Shown here piece by piece: positions 1 to 9,490 of a DNA stretch of 64,000 bases. The position numbers and the translations under genes are program-made. This stretch comes from an uncultured cyanobacterium (GTDB taxonomy: Bacteria > Cyanobacteriota > Cyanobacteriia > Cyanobacteriales > Nostocaceae), in assembly GCA_963740315.1 (NCBI GenBank), contig CAVUDP010000002.1, forward strand, positions 288,001 through 352,000, read 5' to 3'. Under the pieces are notes generated by a model. That model did not search any database, was not told the origin of the DNA, and saw only the letters and a list, made by a program, of their open reading frames with translations. Within the stretch, counting starts at the first letter, position 1. Every line of letters starts with the position of its first letter.

Positions 1-2032
1 AGTTTAATGCTTCAATGCGAAGTTTTTGAGCGTAAAGATCGTATTCTAATTTTAATTGTTCGTTGTAGCTGCGACGTAATTCTACACCGCTTGCTTTTAA
101 ACTGCTTTCTAATCGTTTAATTTGTTTGTGAATCTTTGCCAGACGATGGCGAATTTTACTACTATACTTCAGCCAAACGATGCCTAAATAAGCCAAAGTT
201 GTCACCGCAGTTCCTAGCAAATAAGTAACTAAATTACCCCAAAATTTTTGCAATAATAGCCACAATGCTGATTGACTAAAAACTCCAGTAATTATCAATA
301 TAATCACGAAGGCTACAGCAATAAATGTAGGGAAAATAAATAAATACTGTTTGCGAAACAGCTTTTCTTCTTCTATTAGTTCATTCTTTTTATCTGTAGC
401 TGTTTCTAATTGATTTTCAGCGGCGTTTAGGTGCTGTATATTGGCATTAATAGCGTTTTGTGCTTCTTCGCGAGCGTGAGTAATTGCCGCAAAACGAATT
501 TGTCGAGTTTGTTTGATTTCTAAATTTAACGCTTGCCGATATTCATCAATTACAGTTTTTAGCTGTTCCTGAATTGTTTGAATTTCTTGCTGTAGTTCTT
601 CCGAAGATGTTTGAGCTAAATTATCTTGTAATTGTTGCCGCTGCAATCTCAAACAATAAATTTGATTCAGTAAATTTTTAGTGTTTTCTTTATCTATTTT
701 TACTTCTAATTTGGAATCAAGAAATGCTTCTGCTGCCCGCAGTTCGGTAATTAGATTTTGAGGTTCTTCGTTAATAGAATCGGTTTGCAGTTCTAAATAT
801 AAATAAGTCAGAAGATTTAATAATGTAACTGCTTCATCCAAGCCTTTAGGTGTAGCATCGGCATAATGATTAATTCTGTTATCTAAAAAGGCGGTTAGCG
901 ATGCCTGCATTTGTTTGCAAGAATTTTCTAACGTCCGTTTGTAGGAAAGTAATTCTTTATTTTCAAATTGCTTATAAGCACGCTGTAATTCTATGCCGTA
1001 ATCTTGCGCCATCCCAGCACGCAGATTAATACGCGGGTTAAAATCTTGCCAAACTGGTTTACCGTTGTCTCTTTCTAGTTCGAGAAAAGCATTACTAAAA
1101 TCTTCGCTGAGGATGAATTCTTTGGTATCTAACAACCATTGACGATTCACTTCTACAGTAGATTTTGCCTGGGGTAAAAACTGCCGATTTAAAATATCAC
1201 AAGCTAAAGAAGCACTTAAACGGTTAATAACTATTTCGCTGGGGAAAAACAATTCTCCATAGCCAAAAGCACTGTAAACGGGGAGTTTTCCTCGGACTTT
1301 CTGCGTACCAATTAGTAGATTATTGGCTTCGGCTTCCACGGTAAGAAAGCCTGTAAAAGCATCCGCATAGCTGGTTAAATTATCTTTTAATCCGCCAATT
1401 CGTTCATCGCACAGCCAGATGTTATTAAAAGGTGGTATTTTTTGAGTCGATGCACTTCCACCACTCATTTTGTCATCTAACTCGCGGAGGAAAGCGTAGG
1501 CTTCACCGTAATCGGGGGTTGTAACTTGAGTAAATAATCCCGGTAATAATAATAAACCTTCTAAGCTGTAAGGAATGTGTGTAAAGTATTTATTAAATAA
1601 CCAGCGAATCAACCGCACTAAGTCAAAAACAAATCCCCTAACTTCAGGGTTACTAATTGACATCATGAGAAAGATTCTATGGGTGCTGCTAATTTCTACT
1701 CCTTGACGTTTCAAATCAATTGCTGATTCCGATTGAGTCGCAGTTTTGATTAAATCAATCAGTTCAGTTTGCAGCGTATCAGTAGTTTTATTAAATTCAG
1801 CGTTGATTTGAGAGACAGAAATTTGTTTGCTATTAGTTCTCTCTAAATCAAAACTATTATCTGCATTATTTAACTCAGAACTGAAGCCAAAAGCTTGATT
1901 TTCCTGAGTTAGAGTATAAGTTTGAATTAAACGGCTTTGAACATTATTTAATTCTTGAACTTGCCCTTTAATGGCGTTACAAAAAGCGGCACTATGAGGT
2001 TCGAGTGCAATTAATATAGTTGGTTTTGGCAT
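1..2032 (-). CDS. Degenerate tubulin/FtsZ-like protein with coiled coils and two TM helices (3' end outside window; not in ORF track)
   Basis: Manual translation from ATG at 2032 (MPKPTILIALEPHSAAF...), open to the window edge. Motifs GLLLLPGLF, EAYAFLRELDD, PPFNNIWLCDE and QKVRGKLPVYSAFGYGELFFP parallel the upstream tubulin-like protein. Hydrophobic hairpin at ~165-345. Confidence 0.85.
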   Translation of the reverse strand, partial: MPKPTILIALEPHSAAFCNAIKGQVQELNNVQSRLIQTYTLTQENQAFGFSSELNNADNSFDLERTNSKQISVSQINAEFNKTTDTLQTELIDLIKTATQSESAIDLKRQGVEISSTHRIFLMMSISNPEVRGFVFDLVRLIRWLFNKYFTHIPYSLEGLLLLPGLFTQVTTPDYGEAYAFLRELDDKMSGGSASTQKIPPFNNIWLCDERIGGLKDNLTSYADAFTGFLTVEAEANNLLIGTQKVRGKLPVYSAFGYGELFFPSEIVINRLSASLACDILNRQFLPQAKSTVEVNRQWLLDTKEFILSEDFSNAFLELERDNGKPVWQDFNPRINLRAGMAQDYGIELQRAYKQFENKELLSYKRTLENSCKQMQASLTAFLDNRINHYADATPKGLDEAVTLLNLLTYLYLELQTDSINEEPQNLITELRAAEAFLDSKLEVKIDKENTKNLLNQIYCLRLQRQQLQDNLAQTSSEELQQEIQTIQEQLKTVIDEYRQALNLEIKQTRQIRFAAITHAREEAQNAINANIQHLNAAENQLETATDKKNELIEEEKLFRKQYLFIFPTFIAVAFVIILIITGVFSQSALWLLLQKFWGNLVTYLLGTAVTTLAYLGIVWLKYSSKIRHRLAKIHKQIKRLESSLKASGVELRRSYNEQLKLEYDLYAQKLRIEALN

Positions 2033-2064
2033 GATAACACTAACTGAAGAGTAAATTATTCCCG

Positions 2065-4806
2065 TTAGATAATTACATCTAAATCTTCGAGGTATGATTC
2101 AATTTCCCCGATTTCCATTTCCACCTGTTCTTTTATTTGGGAATCAACTTTACCCCCGCTTAAAACCCTATTTAGATAGTTGATATAATTTTCTAAAACC
2201 GATCTGGCATTATCTTCATTTTCATAGGTAATATTCTCAACTTTGTCAGAAATTTCCTTGATTAAAGGTAAATTACTTTTGAAAGCTTTAAATGCGGATT
2301 TGCGGTTATCTCCTAAAAGTAAAAGTCCGTCTTCGGATCTTCGCGCTTGATCTGTATAAACCAAATATTGCTTTCTACTGTTATTGACGATTATTTTATA
2401 CGGATTGGGTGCTAAAGCTAAAGCAAACCAGCGTAAGGCTCCACCGTCGTCTTCGGGAGGAATTAAGTTAGGTAAATTAGTCCAGTTGCGATCTAAATGC
2501 TTGAACACTTTATTCGGATCTAAGTAAGCTAATTCCATCTCTTTCATGCCATTGAAAGCGAATAAAGGAACACCTACTTCCACCCGAAACAAGGTAATTT
2601 TATGAGCTTCCCCTGTCGGTACAAAAGAAGGATTCTCTCTTCCTTTGGGTAATCGACTTGAAAGCGGAGGATTGCTGAAAATTGTATTGTTACTTTCAAC
2701 TCCGTAATAATAAAATTCATTGATGACGTGCTGCTGTTGAGTCGGAATTTCCGATTCTTCATACTGCCACAGCGGAACTGCTAATTTACCAAGCTGTTCT
2801 AAATCTGTTCCTGCATCTTCTGGATTACTATTTGCCAAAACCTCTTCAATGCTCATACTAGTAAGAGGACGATAACTTTCAACTAAAAATTCAATAATTT
2901 CTTTTTTTACATCTTCAGCTTTCTTATCCGACCAGCTAGTCAAGCTTTGAGACTGTTCTCGATACCAACGAATAAAGTCTTCACCAGTAATTGATGGTCG
3001 TTTCGATTCTAAATTGGCACGTTGAATAGTGTGAATAAAAGGATTGTCGTTTGCTGCTTGACCGTTTCGAGAACTGTAAATCTGCTGAATATCGCGGTAA
3101 ACTTTATCTAAATTGCCATGAATTAAACGGCACTTTTCCTGACTTTCTTCTACTTTCGTTCGCAATACACCGTAGAGTTCGGCGGCTTTATCGCAACGCT
3201 TCCAATGCAAATACATCTTCCACTTTTGATCGGCTCGTTCCTTGTATCTCTGACAAGCAGCTTGAATAGCCTTCTTATTTCCAAACAAAGCTTCAGCGGA
3301 TTTCTTAATCTTTTCTTCTTGGGAATCCAATTTCAAAACATTAAAACTAGACTCTGCTTCTTTCGATTTACGCTGTACGCTCTGCTGTAATTCATCAAGC
3401 TGCAAGGAAAGTTTGGTCAAAAATTGCAGCGCATAATTTATCCCATTGGGACGGTTGACACCCCGTTCCCACCAACTAGAGATAGCAGCAGTTGCAGCTT
3501 GTTCTAAATTATAGAAATTCACTCCTATTTCTCTAGAAGCCTGTTGCTCAATTTTGTCAAACTGCCGCTTGTACAGTTCTTGTATAGTCGTCAAGGCTGT
3601 ACGCTCGAAGCGCATTTCACCAATTCTAAATTCGGGTTTTATCTGTCCCCCACCCTTACTTTCAGTCAAAGTATTCAGGACAGTATTCGCTTCTCCCAAC
3701 TTGCACTCTTGTAAAAATCGCTCTATTTCGCTGTCAAAATCAATTGTTGGGGTAGGTGCAATCAACTCATCCTTGAGCAATTTATAAGCATCCTCCAGTA
3801 TCATCCGTTCGTACTGATGTACGGGCAAAGCTAAGGTAGCAAAACCAAAACTACAGTAGTTAATATTACGACCTCTAACTTTTTCTCCAGTCGCCAGATA
3901 AGCGCGAATGTTATCGGCAACGTTAGCAGCATCAAGACCGATTTGAGAGCCAATTTGAACATATAAGCCATCCGCAACTAAATTCTGTAAATCGTCGGGA
4001 CGGCTGACTACAGTACCTTTTTTGTTAATACCATCAATCAAAAATACCGCATCAAAAGGAGGGCGATCGCATTTCACTTTGGAAATACCGTAATCAATCT
4101 CAAGCGCATTCGAGGGTGATAAATTCCAAAAGTGTTCAATTTCTTTGAGAGCGCCATAGGCATTAGATTTTACCATGTGAGTTTGAGCAAGGTTAGAAAA
4201 AACTCTGGGTAAAACAAAGACTCCCGTAATATTCGAGAAACTATTAAGATATTGCCGTGCTAAAAATGCTGTATCTAAAAAAGTACCGCTACCAGTTCCA
4301 CCTGCCAAACTCCCAACAATAAAAATTTCCACACCATCGCGATTGGAAACTTGAAAGTTATCTGAAAATGCTTGTTTGCTGGTGCGAATTCCGCGTACCT
4401 TATTGATTGCCTGACCGATTAGACTGCTAATATCGCCAACCTTGGCAAATAACGCTAACCTACCTCTGGCGCGAATCTGTCCGGCACCGTTAATAATACC
4501 GTGTGAGGGAATTTGTTTGGGCCACCATTCATCGATGTGTTCGTTACGCCCCCCTACCAAACCGCCTGGATTCGCTACAGATATAGCATAAAGTTCGTTC
4601 GGTTCTAGGACAACCTTATTACCATCGGGGGATTTTTCGCGCTCCTGGATATTTTCAGTGGTATCGATAGAAAGAAACTGAATAATTTCTGGTACCGAAC
4701 CATAAGCATCGATGAATCGCTTTTTCAATTTAAGTACAACTTCATAACCCGTACCACCCAAACCAATGACAACGGTAGGACGAAATACAACTGTAGGACG
4801 TGACAT
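2065..4806 (-). CDS. Tubulin-like (Tubulin_2 / FtsZ-like) GTPase with long helical C-terminal region
   Basis: VVIGLGGTG N-terminal loop, GAGQIRARGR, tubulin signature GSLAGGTGSG, NAYGALKE; 913 aa. Confidence 0.9.
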   Translation of the reverse strand: MSRPTVVFRPTVVIGLGGTGYEVVLKLKKRFIDAYGSVPEIIQFLSIDTTENIQEREKSPDGNKVVLEPNELYAISVANPGGLVGGRNEHIDEWWPKQIPSHGIINGAGQIRARGRLALFAKVGDISSLIGQAINKVRGIRTSKQAFSDNFQVSNRDGVEIFIVGSLAGGTGSGTFLDTAFLARQYLNSFSNITGVFVLPRVFSNLAQTHMVKSNAYGALKEIEHFWNLSPSNALEIDYGISKVKCDRPPFDAVFLIDGINKKGTVVSRPDDLQNLVADGLYVQIGSQIGLDAANVADNIRAYLATGEKVRGRNINYCSFGFATLALPVHQYERMILEDAYKLLKDELIAPTPTIDFDSEIERFLQECKLGEANTVLNTLTESKGGGQIKPEFRIGEMRFERTALTTIQELYKRQFDKIEQQASREIGVNFYNLEQAATAAISSWWERGVNRPNGINYALQFLTKLSLQLDELQQSVQRKSKEAESSFNVLKLDSQEEKIKKSAEALFGNKKAIQAACQRYKERADQKWKMYLHWKRCDKAAELYGVLRTKVEESQEKCRLIHGNLDKVYRDIQQIYSSRNGQAANDNPFIHTIQRANLESKRPSITGEDFIRWYREQSQSLTSWSDKKAEDVKKEIIEFLVESYRPLTSMSIEEVLANSNPEDAGTDLEQLGKLAVPLWQYEESEIPTQQQHVINEFYYYGVESNNTIFSNPPLSSRLPKGRENPSFVPTGEAHKITLFRVEVGVPLFAFNGMKEMELAYLDPNKVFKHLDRNWTNLPNLIPPEDDGGALRWFALALAPNPYKIIVNNSRKQYLVYTDQARRSEDGLLLLGDNRKSAFKAFKSNLPLIKEISDKVENITYENEDNARSVLENYINYLNRVLSGGKVDSQIKEQVEMEIGEIESYLEDLDVII

Positions 4807-4867
4807 AAATTCTCCTTTTATATAATTATTTAAAAGTTTGATTTAATAGCTTTACTTAATAGTTTGT

Positions 4868-6652
4868 CTATCTTTGATGCTCAATCCAGTTGAATTGGAG
4901 CTTAACGTTACCAATCTCGATTATGTCCTCATCGTAAAGTTCATCTGTAGTTACCTCCTTACTGTTGATAAAAATATTACCTTTTAAACAACGTAAATCG
5001 ATATTCTTTTTACCCGCTTCCCTCACCGTAACTAACTCGGCATCAGAATCGGTTGCAGCAATCACTGGTATTAAATCGCTCAAATATACTTTACTTTTAT
5101 ACAGATTGGTTAGACTAATCTCTTCATCTTGTGAGGATTTTGGCGTTGGTTCCAAGATTATCAGCGCTCCTTCTAAATTTTTACGAGTGCGGATATCTTG
5201 AAGCAATTCCAGAGGAGTTTGACGCTGAATCAAACAAACTACTATCAGGGCAATTAGCAGTAACAATAGTATTAATAACGACCAAGTAATTATTTTTCGC
5301 CATAGCGGTATCAAAATATTTAGTTGAATAGAAGCAGCAATCGGACTTGCAATCGGATTCTCTGGTACTAGTTGTAAACTGAAAGTGCGATCGCCCTCGG
5401 AATTATTGTCGGCAACCTGCAACTGAACGGGAATTTTAGTCTCTCCGACTTGCAAAGATACTGGTGAATCCGGTTGTACGACAGAAATACCTTGATTCTG
5501 TAGCTGCAATCTGGCGTTTCCAGATATATTGCTACGAACTATTAAAGTCTGAGTCGAAGTCGTTTCCCCGACTTCCACAGAGCCAAAATCTATCGAGGTT
5601 GGTTGAAGAAGCAGTTTCGCTTGAATAGTTACAGGTAAGTCAACGGTAATAGGAGCGATCGCCTTGTTTTCACTTGCTAATACCAACCGCAACCCACTAA
5701 CGCCTCCTTCGACATCGGCTGGAATCTGTAACTTAATAGGAATAGATGTTGCTTTATTAGCTGCTAAATCAATTCTGCTATTAGGTGAAAATAAGCGAAT
5801 ACCCGTTTTTTTCGGGTCTTGTAATTGCAAACTTACCGTATTGTTAACATTACTAATACTATTAATATTGAAAGCTTCGGTAATTGTTCCGGGGGATACT
5901 GGCTGTAATTTAATAGCAGGTAAATTAACATCAAGCTTGGGTTCTATTAATACAGGTCGGATATTTTGAGCCAGTCGATTTAATTCAACTCCTCCAGGAT
6001 CTCGTAATACCCTTCCCTTGCCGCAAAGCGCTGGATTATTCGCAAAATTATTAAGCTGCTTTTCGTGTTCTTCTAATCCTAAAGATACAAAAAATATATA
6101 GGGTTTGCATTGTTGCTGACGCAAAAGTTGAGTATTACCAGGAATAGGAACGGGATTCGGAATACCTGTTACGTCTTCCACTCCATCTGTTAAAAATAAT
6201 ATGCTAACAGTGCGACCTAAAGCATCACTACGTTGGTTTAACAAAGCTGAATGTTGCAAAGCTTTTTGCACTGCTTTACCCGTATGAGTACGCACACCAT
6301 CAGCTTTAAGAGAGGCAATTATTTGTTTAAGTTGTCCCCGGTTTGAGTTGCTAATTATAGGAACATTTTCAGTTTCTAAAGTTACATCTTTATCAAAACT
6401 GTAAATAGTTACCGTATCGCCTAATTGAGCAGTATTAACAAATTCAGTAATCGAATTTTTTACCTGATTAAATATATTTTTAGTTCCCCCCGCACCGCGC
6501 ATCGAAGCAGATGTATCTACAACTACAATCCAGTCAATTGCACCTTTTGAACCAGCTTGAGCCAATGCAGTAGACAAAAAAATTGATATTAGAGCAACAA
6601 TACTTTGAATTGAAAAATATCTCAACCAATGCTTGAAGTATCTAAAATTCAT
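4868..6652 (-). CDS. Membrane-anchored VWA-domain protein with Ig-like repeats and C-terminal FHA-like domain
   Basis: Signal peptide (ALAQA), MIDAS DTSAS...T...LFLTDG, two beta-rich repeats, TM IITWSLLILLLLLIALIVVCLI, C-terminus IFINSKEV...LYDEDIIEIGNVKLQF resembling an FHA fold. Confidence 0.85.
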   Translation of the reverse strand: MNFRYFKHWLRYFSIQSIVALISIFLSTALAQAGSKGAIDWIVVVDTSASMRGAGGTKNIFNQVKNSITEFVNTAQLGDTVTIYSFDKDVTLETENVPIISNSNRGQLKQIIASLKADGVRTHTGKAVQKALQHSALLNQRSDALGRTVSILFLTDGVEDVTGIPNPVPIPGNTQLLRQQQCKPYIFFVSLGLEEHEKQLNNFANNPALCGKGRVLRDPGGVELNRLAQNIRPVLIEPKLDVNLPAIKLQPVSPGTITEAFNINSISNVNNTVSLQLQDPKKTGIRLFSPNSRIDLAANKATSIPIKLQIPADVEGGVSGLRLVLASENKAIAPITVDLPVTIQAKLLLQPTSIDFGSVEVGETTSTQTLIVRSNISGNARLQLQNQGISVVQPDSPVSLQVGETKIPVQLQVADNNSEGDRTFSLQLVPENPIASPIAASIQLNILIPLWRKIITWSLLILLLLLIALIVVCLIQRQTPLELLQDIRTRKNLEGALIILEPTPKSSQDEEISLTNLYKSKVYLSDLIPVIAATDSDAELVTVREAGKKNIDLRCLKGNIFINSKEVTTDELYDEDIIEIGNVKLQFNWIEHQR

Positions 6653-7205
6653 AGATTACTCCAAACACATTAAACTCAATTTCATAAATTATTATCATAT
6701 AAATGCCCCTAAAATTATCGCAGCTTAAAAATACTATCTCCACGCAGAAACTAAGACTGAATTGAAATTGATTCAGTCAATCCGTAAATGGGATATTTGC
6801 AGCATAAGGATAAATTCTTATGCCAAAAGTTATAAATATAACTAATTATTTATTAAGTTATATGCTAACTATATGAATATTGAAAACCCAATAGTAAAAT
6901 TACTTAAAATGTTTTATTTAAGTAAGTGAGAATACATGAATTCGCTATAAATTAATTAGATATACGAGTTTAAAGATAATAAGTTAAGAAAATATAAATG
7001 TTTAATATTAATTTTTATATATTGATAAACTAAATATTCTGACCGTATAATTACCGTTTAAATAGTTATTATCACTTAAATATAGTCTCAAAATATTATA
7101 GATAGTTGCTAATAGTGAGTTTGATAGATGTACATCAAAATTGTTTGTCTGTATGGTAATCCCCCTTGAATCAAGAGGGATTTAAAAATATCTAAAGCCT
7201 AATAT

Positions 7206-7586
7206 TTAATTAATAATAAAGTTTTCTATATACTCACACACACCTTCAAAGTTTTTGAAAACTTGTTGATTTGTAAATCTAATAACTTGAAGACCATAAC
7301 CTTCTAATATTAATGTTCTTTGTGAATCATAATTTTTTGCTTCATCTGTAAAATGGCTTTCCCCATCAATTTCAATTACTAATTTTAAATTGGCGCAATA
7401 AAAGTCTACTATAAAATTATCAATAGGTCTTTGTCGCAAAAATCTAGTTTTTAATGTTTTTAAATAATTGTTCCACAGCTTTTTCTCTGCTGGAGTCATG
7501 TTTTTTCGTAGTTCTTTTGCTTTTTCTATAAGTTTTGGGTTATAAGATAGGTGATAAGCTGTTTTGATAAATTGCTCTCTCTTCAT
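7206..7586 (-). CDS. DUF559 / Vsr-like endonuclease domain protein
   Basis: AKELRKNMTPAEKKLW, FLRQRPIDNFIVDFYC, LVIEIDGESH, DSQRT, VIRFTN. Confidence 0.9.
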   Translation of the reverse strand: MKREQFIKTAYHLSYNPKLIEKAKELRKNMTPAEKKLWNNYLKTLKTRFLRQRPIDNFIVDFYCANLKLVIEIDGESHFTDEAKNYDSQRTLILEGYGLQVIRFTNQQVFKNFEGVCEYIENFIIN

Positions 7587-7603
7587 TGCTCAATTCTCGG
7601 TAA

Positions 7604-7860
7604 GATCCCCCCTAACCCCCCTTAAGAAGGGGGGGAATGGAGTGTTTTTTATAAACATAATATAAATATGTATTTTTTTTACAACCACAGTAAATTTACT
7701 ATTAATAAAAAAAGCCCCCCTTTAATAAGGGGGGTTGGGGGGATCTCACTACGATTGAAGCTAAAAAAAAGCCCCCCTTTAATAAGGGGGGTTGGGGGGA
7801 TCTCACTACGTTTGAAGCTAAAAAAAGCCCCCCTTCAAAAAGGCAGGTTGGGGGGATCTG
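7604..7860. repeat. C-run/G-run palindromic repeats (CCCCCC-TTAATAA-GGGGGG), three tandem ~56-57 bp units plus an inverted copy
   Basis: Units begin near 7714, 7771 and 7827; inverted copy at 7604-7637; degenerate copy at ~7158-7182. Confidence 0.9.
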
Positions 7861-7863
7861 GAT

Positions 7864-9183
7864 CTACCGATAATCCTGTCCCTGAATATCCCTTAACTTC
7901 GCTGCATCTCTCATGCCATAATCGTAACGAGCAAACCGATCTAACTGCATTTCAAAAAAGTCCCGATTTGCCTGTAAATGTTCGGGGTTTTCATCATCTA
8001 AAGGATATAAAAGTGCCGCACGTAAAGCTTGAATTACTGCGGATGTGACATTGTACATCGAACGTTGAAAAGTAACTCCCAACTGAATCAACATATCATC
8101 TTCACCGCGACAATGTTCTTGATAAGAATCAACTAAATATTGTGGTAAAAAGTGCAGCATATCCTGCATTAATAATGTTGGGGGAATTCCTGCGGTACCT
8201 ACAGGAAATACATCAGCATAAAGAATTCCATAATGAAAGTCTTTTTGCTCTGAAGGTACTTGCTTTGCTTGAGCGTTATAAGATTTTGTACCTCGGAAAG
8301 GTGCGGTACGATAAAAAATTGCTTCTACATAAGGTAGTGCGGCTTCATATAACCACACAAAACCTTTTGATTTGGGAATAATTTCGTAACAGTCTTTGCC
8401 AACATAAAGGTGATGATAAATCGGACGACCTGCAACTGCAAAAATACCGTTAACTAAAAAATCCATTGCTTCGGGTACGGTTGTCAGCGTTCCTTCGTCA
8501 TACATATCTGACATTTCAAAGAAAACTGGTGCCATTACTTCCCAAAATAAACCCAAGTTGGAATAATAGGAAGCTTGACGACACTGTTCTAAAAACATAT
8601 CTGGGAAAAGTTTATAGAGCAACTGCATTGCTGGATTACCTTTAAAATAAGCTTTGATTGCTCTATCTGCATTTTGCTTATATTCTTCGGTATCTAGATA
8701 ATCGTCAAATTTACCTAAACCCATATCTTTACCGTGCCAAAGCATTGCCCGCATACAGGCTTCGGCGAATTCCATGTTAATTCTGTCGTGAAACAAATGA
8801 TGCCATATCTTTGGCATTTTTTTAGTTTCACCTTTTTCAATAAACTCTAAAAGTTCGGGATGTGCTGTTGCTTCACCGCGCCAAACTCTTAAATCGGCAT
8901 CATCGCCAGCATAGTGATTGTGTCTTTCTAAATACTCTTTGGGTAAGAAATATTTGAAAAAGGGAAAAGGATTTAAAAATTCTCTTTCGGCAATATAAAG
9001 TAAATCGCGCCAATAAAAATCCATCGGTACGGCATATGCTTTATAAATACCGATAATTTGCATCAAGTTTTCTGGGTTATCCGGTAACATCGAACCACCA
9101 GCTTCTAAGCGGTGAATTATTTCTGCAAATTCGTGAGTTGATGGCGGTAGTTTTGCTGTTGTCTTATCGGGTGTTTGTACCAT
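7864..9183 (-). CDS. cupA: CO2 hydration protein CupA (ChpY)
   Basis: IHRLEAGGSMLPDNPENLMQIIGIYKAYAVPMDFYWRDL, EFAEACMRAMLWH; follows ndhF3/ndhD3. Confidence 0.95.
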   Translation of the reverse strand: MVQTPDKTTAKLPPSTHEFAEIIHRLEAGGSMLPDNPENLMQIIGIYKAYAVPMDFYWRDLLYIAEREFLNPFPFFKYFLPKEYLERHNHYAGDDADLRVWRGEATAHPELLEFIEKGETKKMPKIWHHLFHDRINMEFAEACMRAMLWHGKDMGLGKFDDYLDTEEYKQNADRAIKAYFKGNPAMQLLYKLFPDMFLEQCRQASYYSNLGLFWEVMAPVFFEMSDMYDEGTLTTVPEAMDFLVNGIFAVAGRPIYHHLYVGKDCYEIIPKSKGFVWLYEAALPYVEAIFYRTAPFRGTKSYNAQAKQVPSEQKDFHYGILYADVFPVGTAGIPPTLLMQDMLHFLPQYLVDSYQEHCRGEDDMLIQLGVTFQRSMYNVTSAVIQALRAALLYPLDDENPEHLQANRDFFEMQLDRFARYDYGMRDAAKLRDIQGQDYR

Positions 9184-9192
9184 TTTTAATTA

Positions 9193-9490
9193 ATAGTTGA
9201 TGGTTGATAGTTGTTAGTTGTTAGTTGATAGTTGTTAGTTGTTAGTTGTTAGTTGTTAGTTGATAGTTGTTTTTATTATTTTCAAGTTGAATATTATTGA
9301 ATTAAAAAACCGCAGAGGAATAGGAGTAGAGGAGGAAGAAGAAAGAAGAATAAATAAATTATTATTAACCTTAACTCCTAACAGACGTAGCACTGCTACG
9401 TCTCTACACTCCTCACTCCTAATTCCTAATTCCTAACTCCTAACTCCTAACTCCTAACTGTTCACTGTTTGCTGTTAACTGTTAACTGAT
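9193..9490. repeat. Heptamer short tandem repeats (TAGTTGT/TAGTTGA, CTCCTAA, TAACTGT) and a GTAGAGACG-type REP hairpin
   Basis: Visible tandem heptamers; AGACGTAGCACTGCTACGTCTCTAC at ~9383-9407. Confidence 0.9.

Noticed and set aside
2065..4806. Cell-division ftsZ
   Set aside because: 913 aa, divergent motifs and no ftsQ/dcw context
7668..8048. 126-aa ORF with KKSPPLIRGVGG repeats
   Set aside because: Translation of palindromic repeats, antisense to cupA
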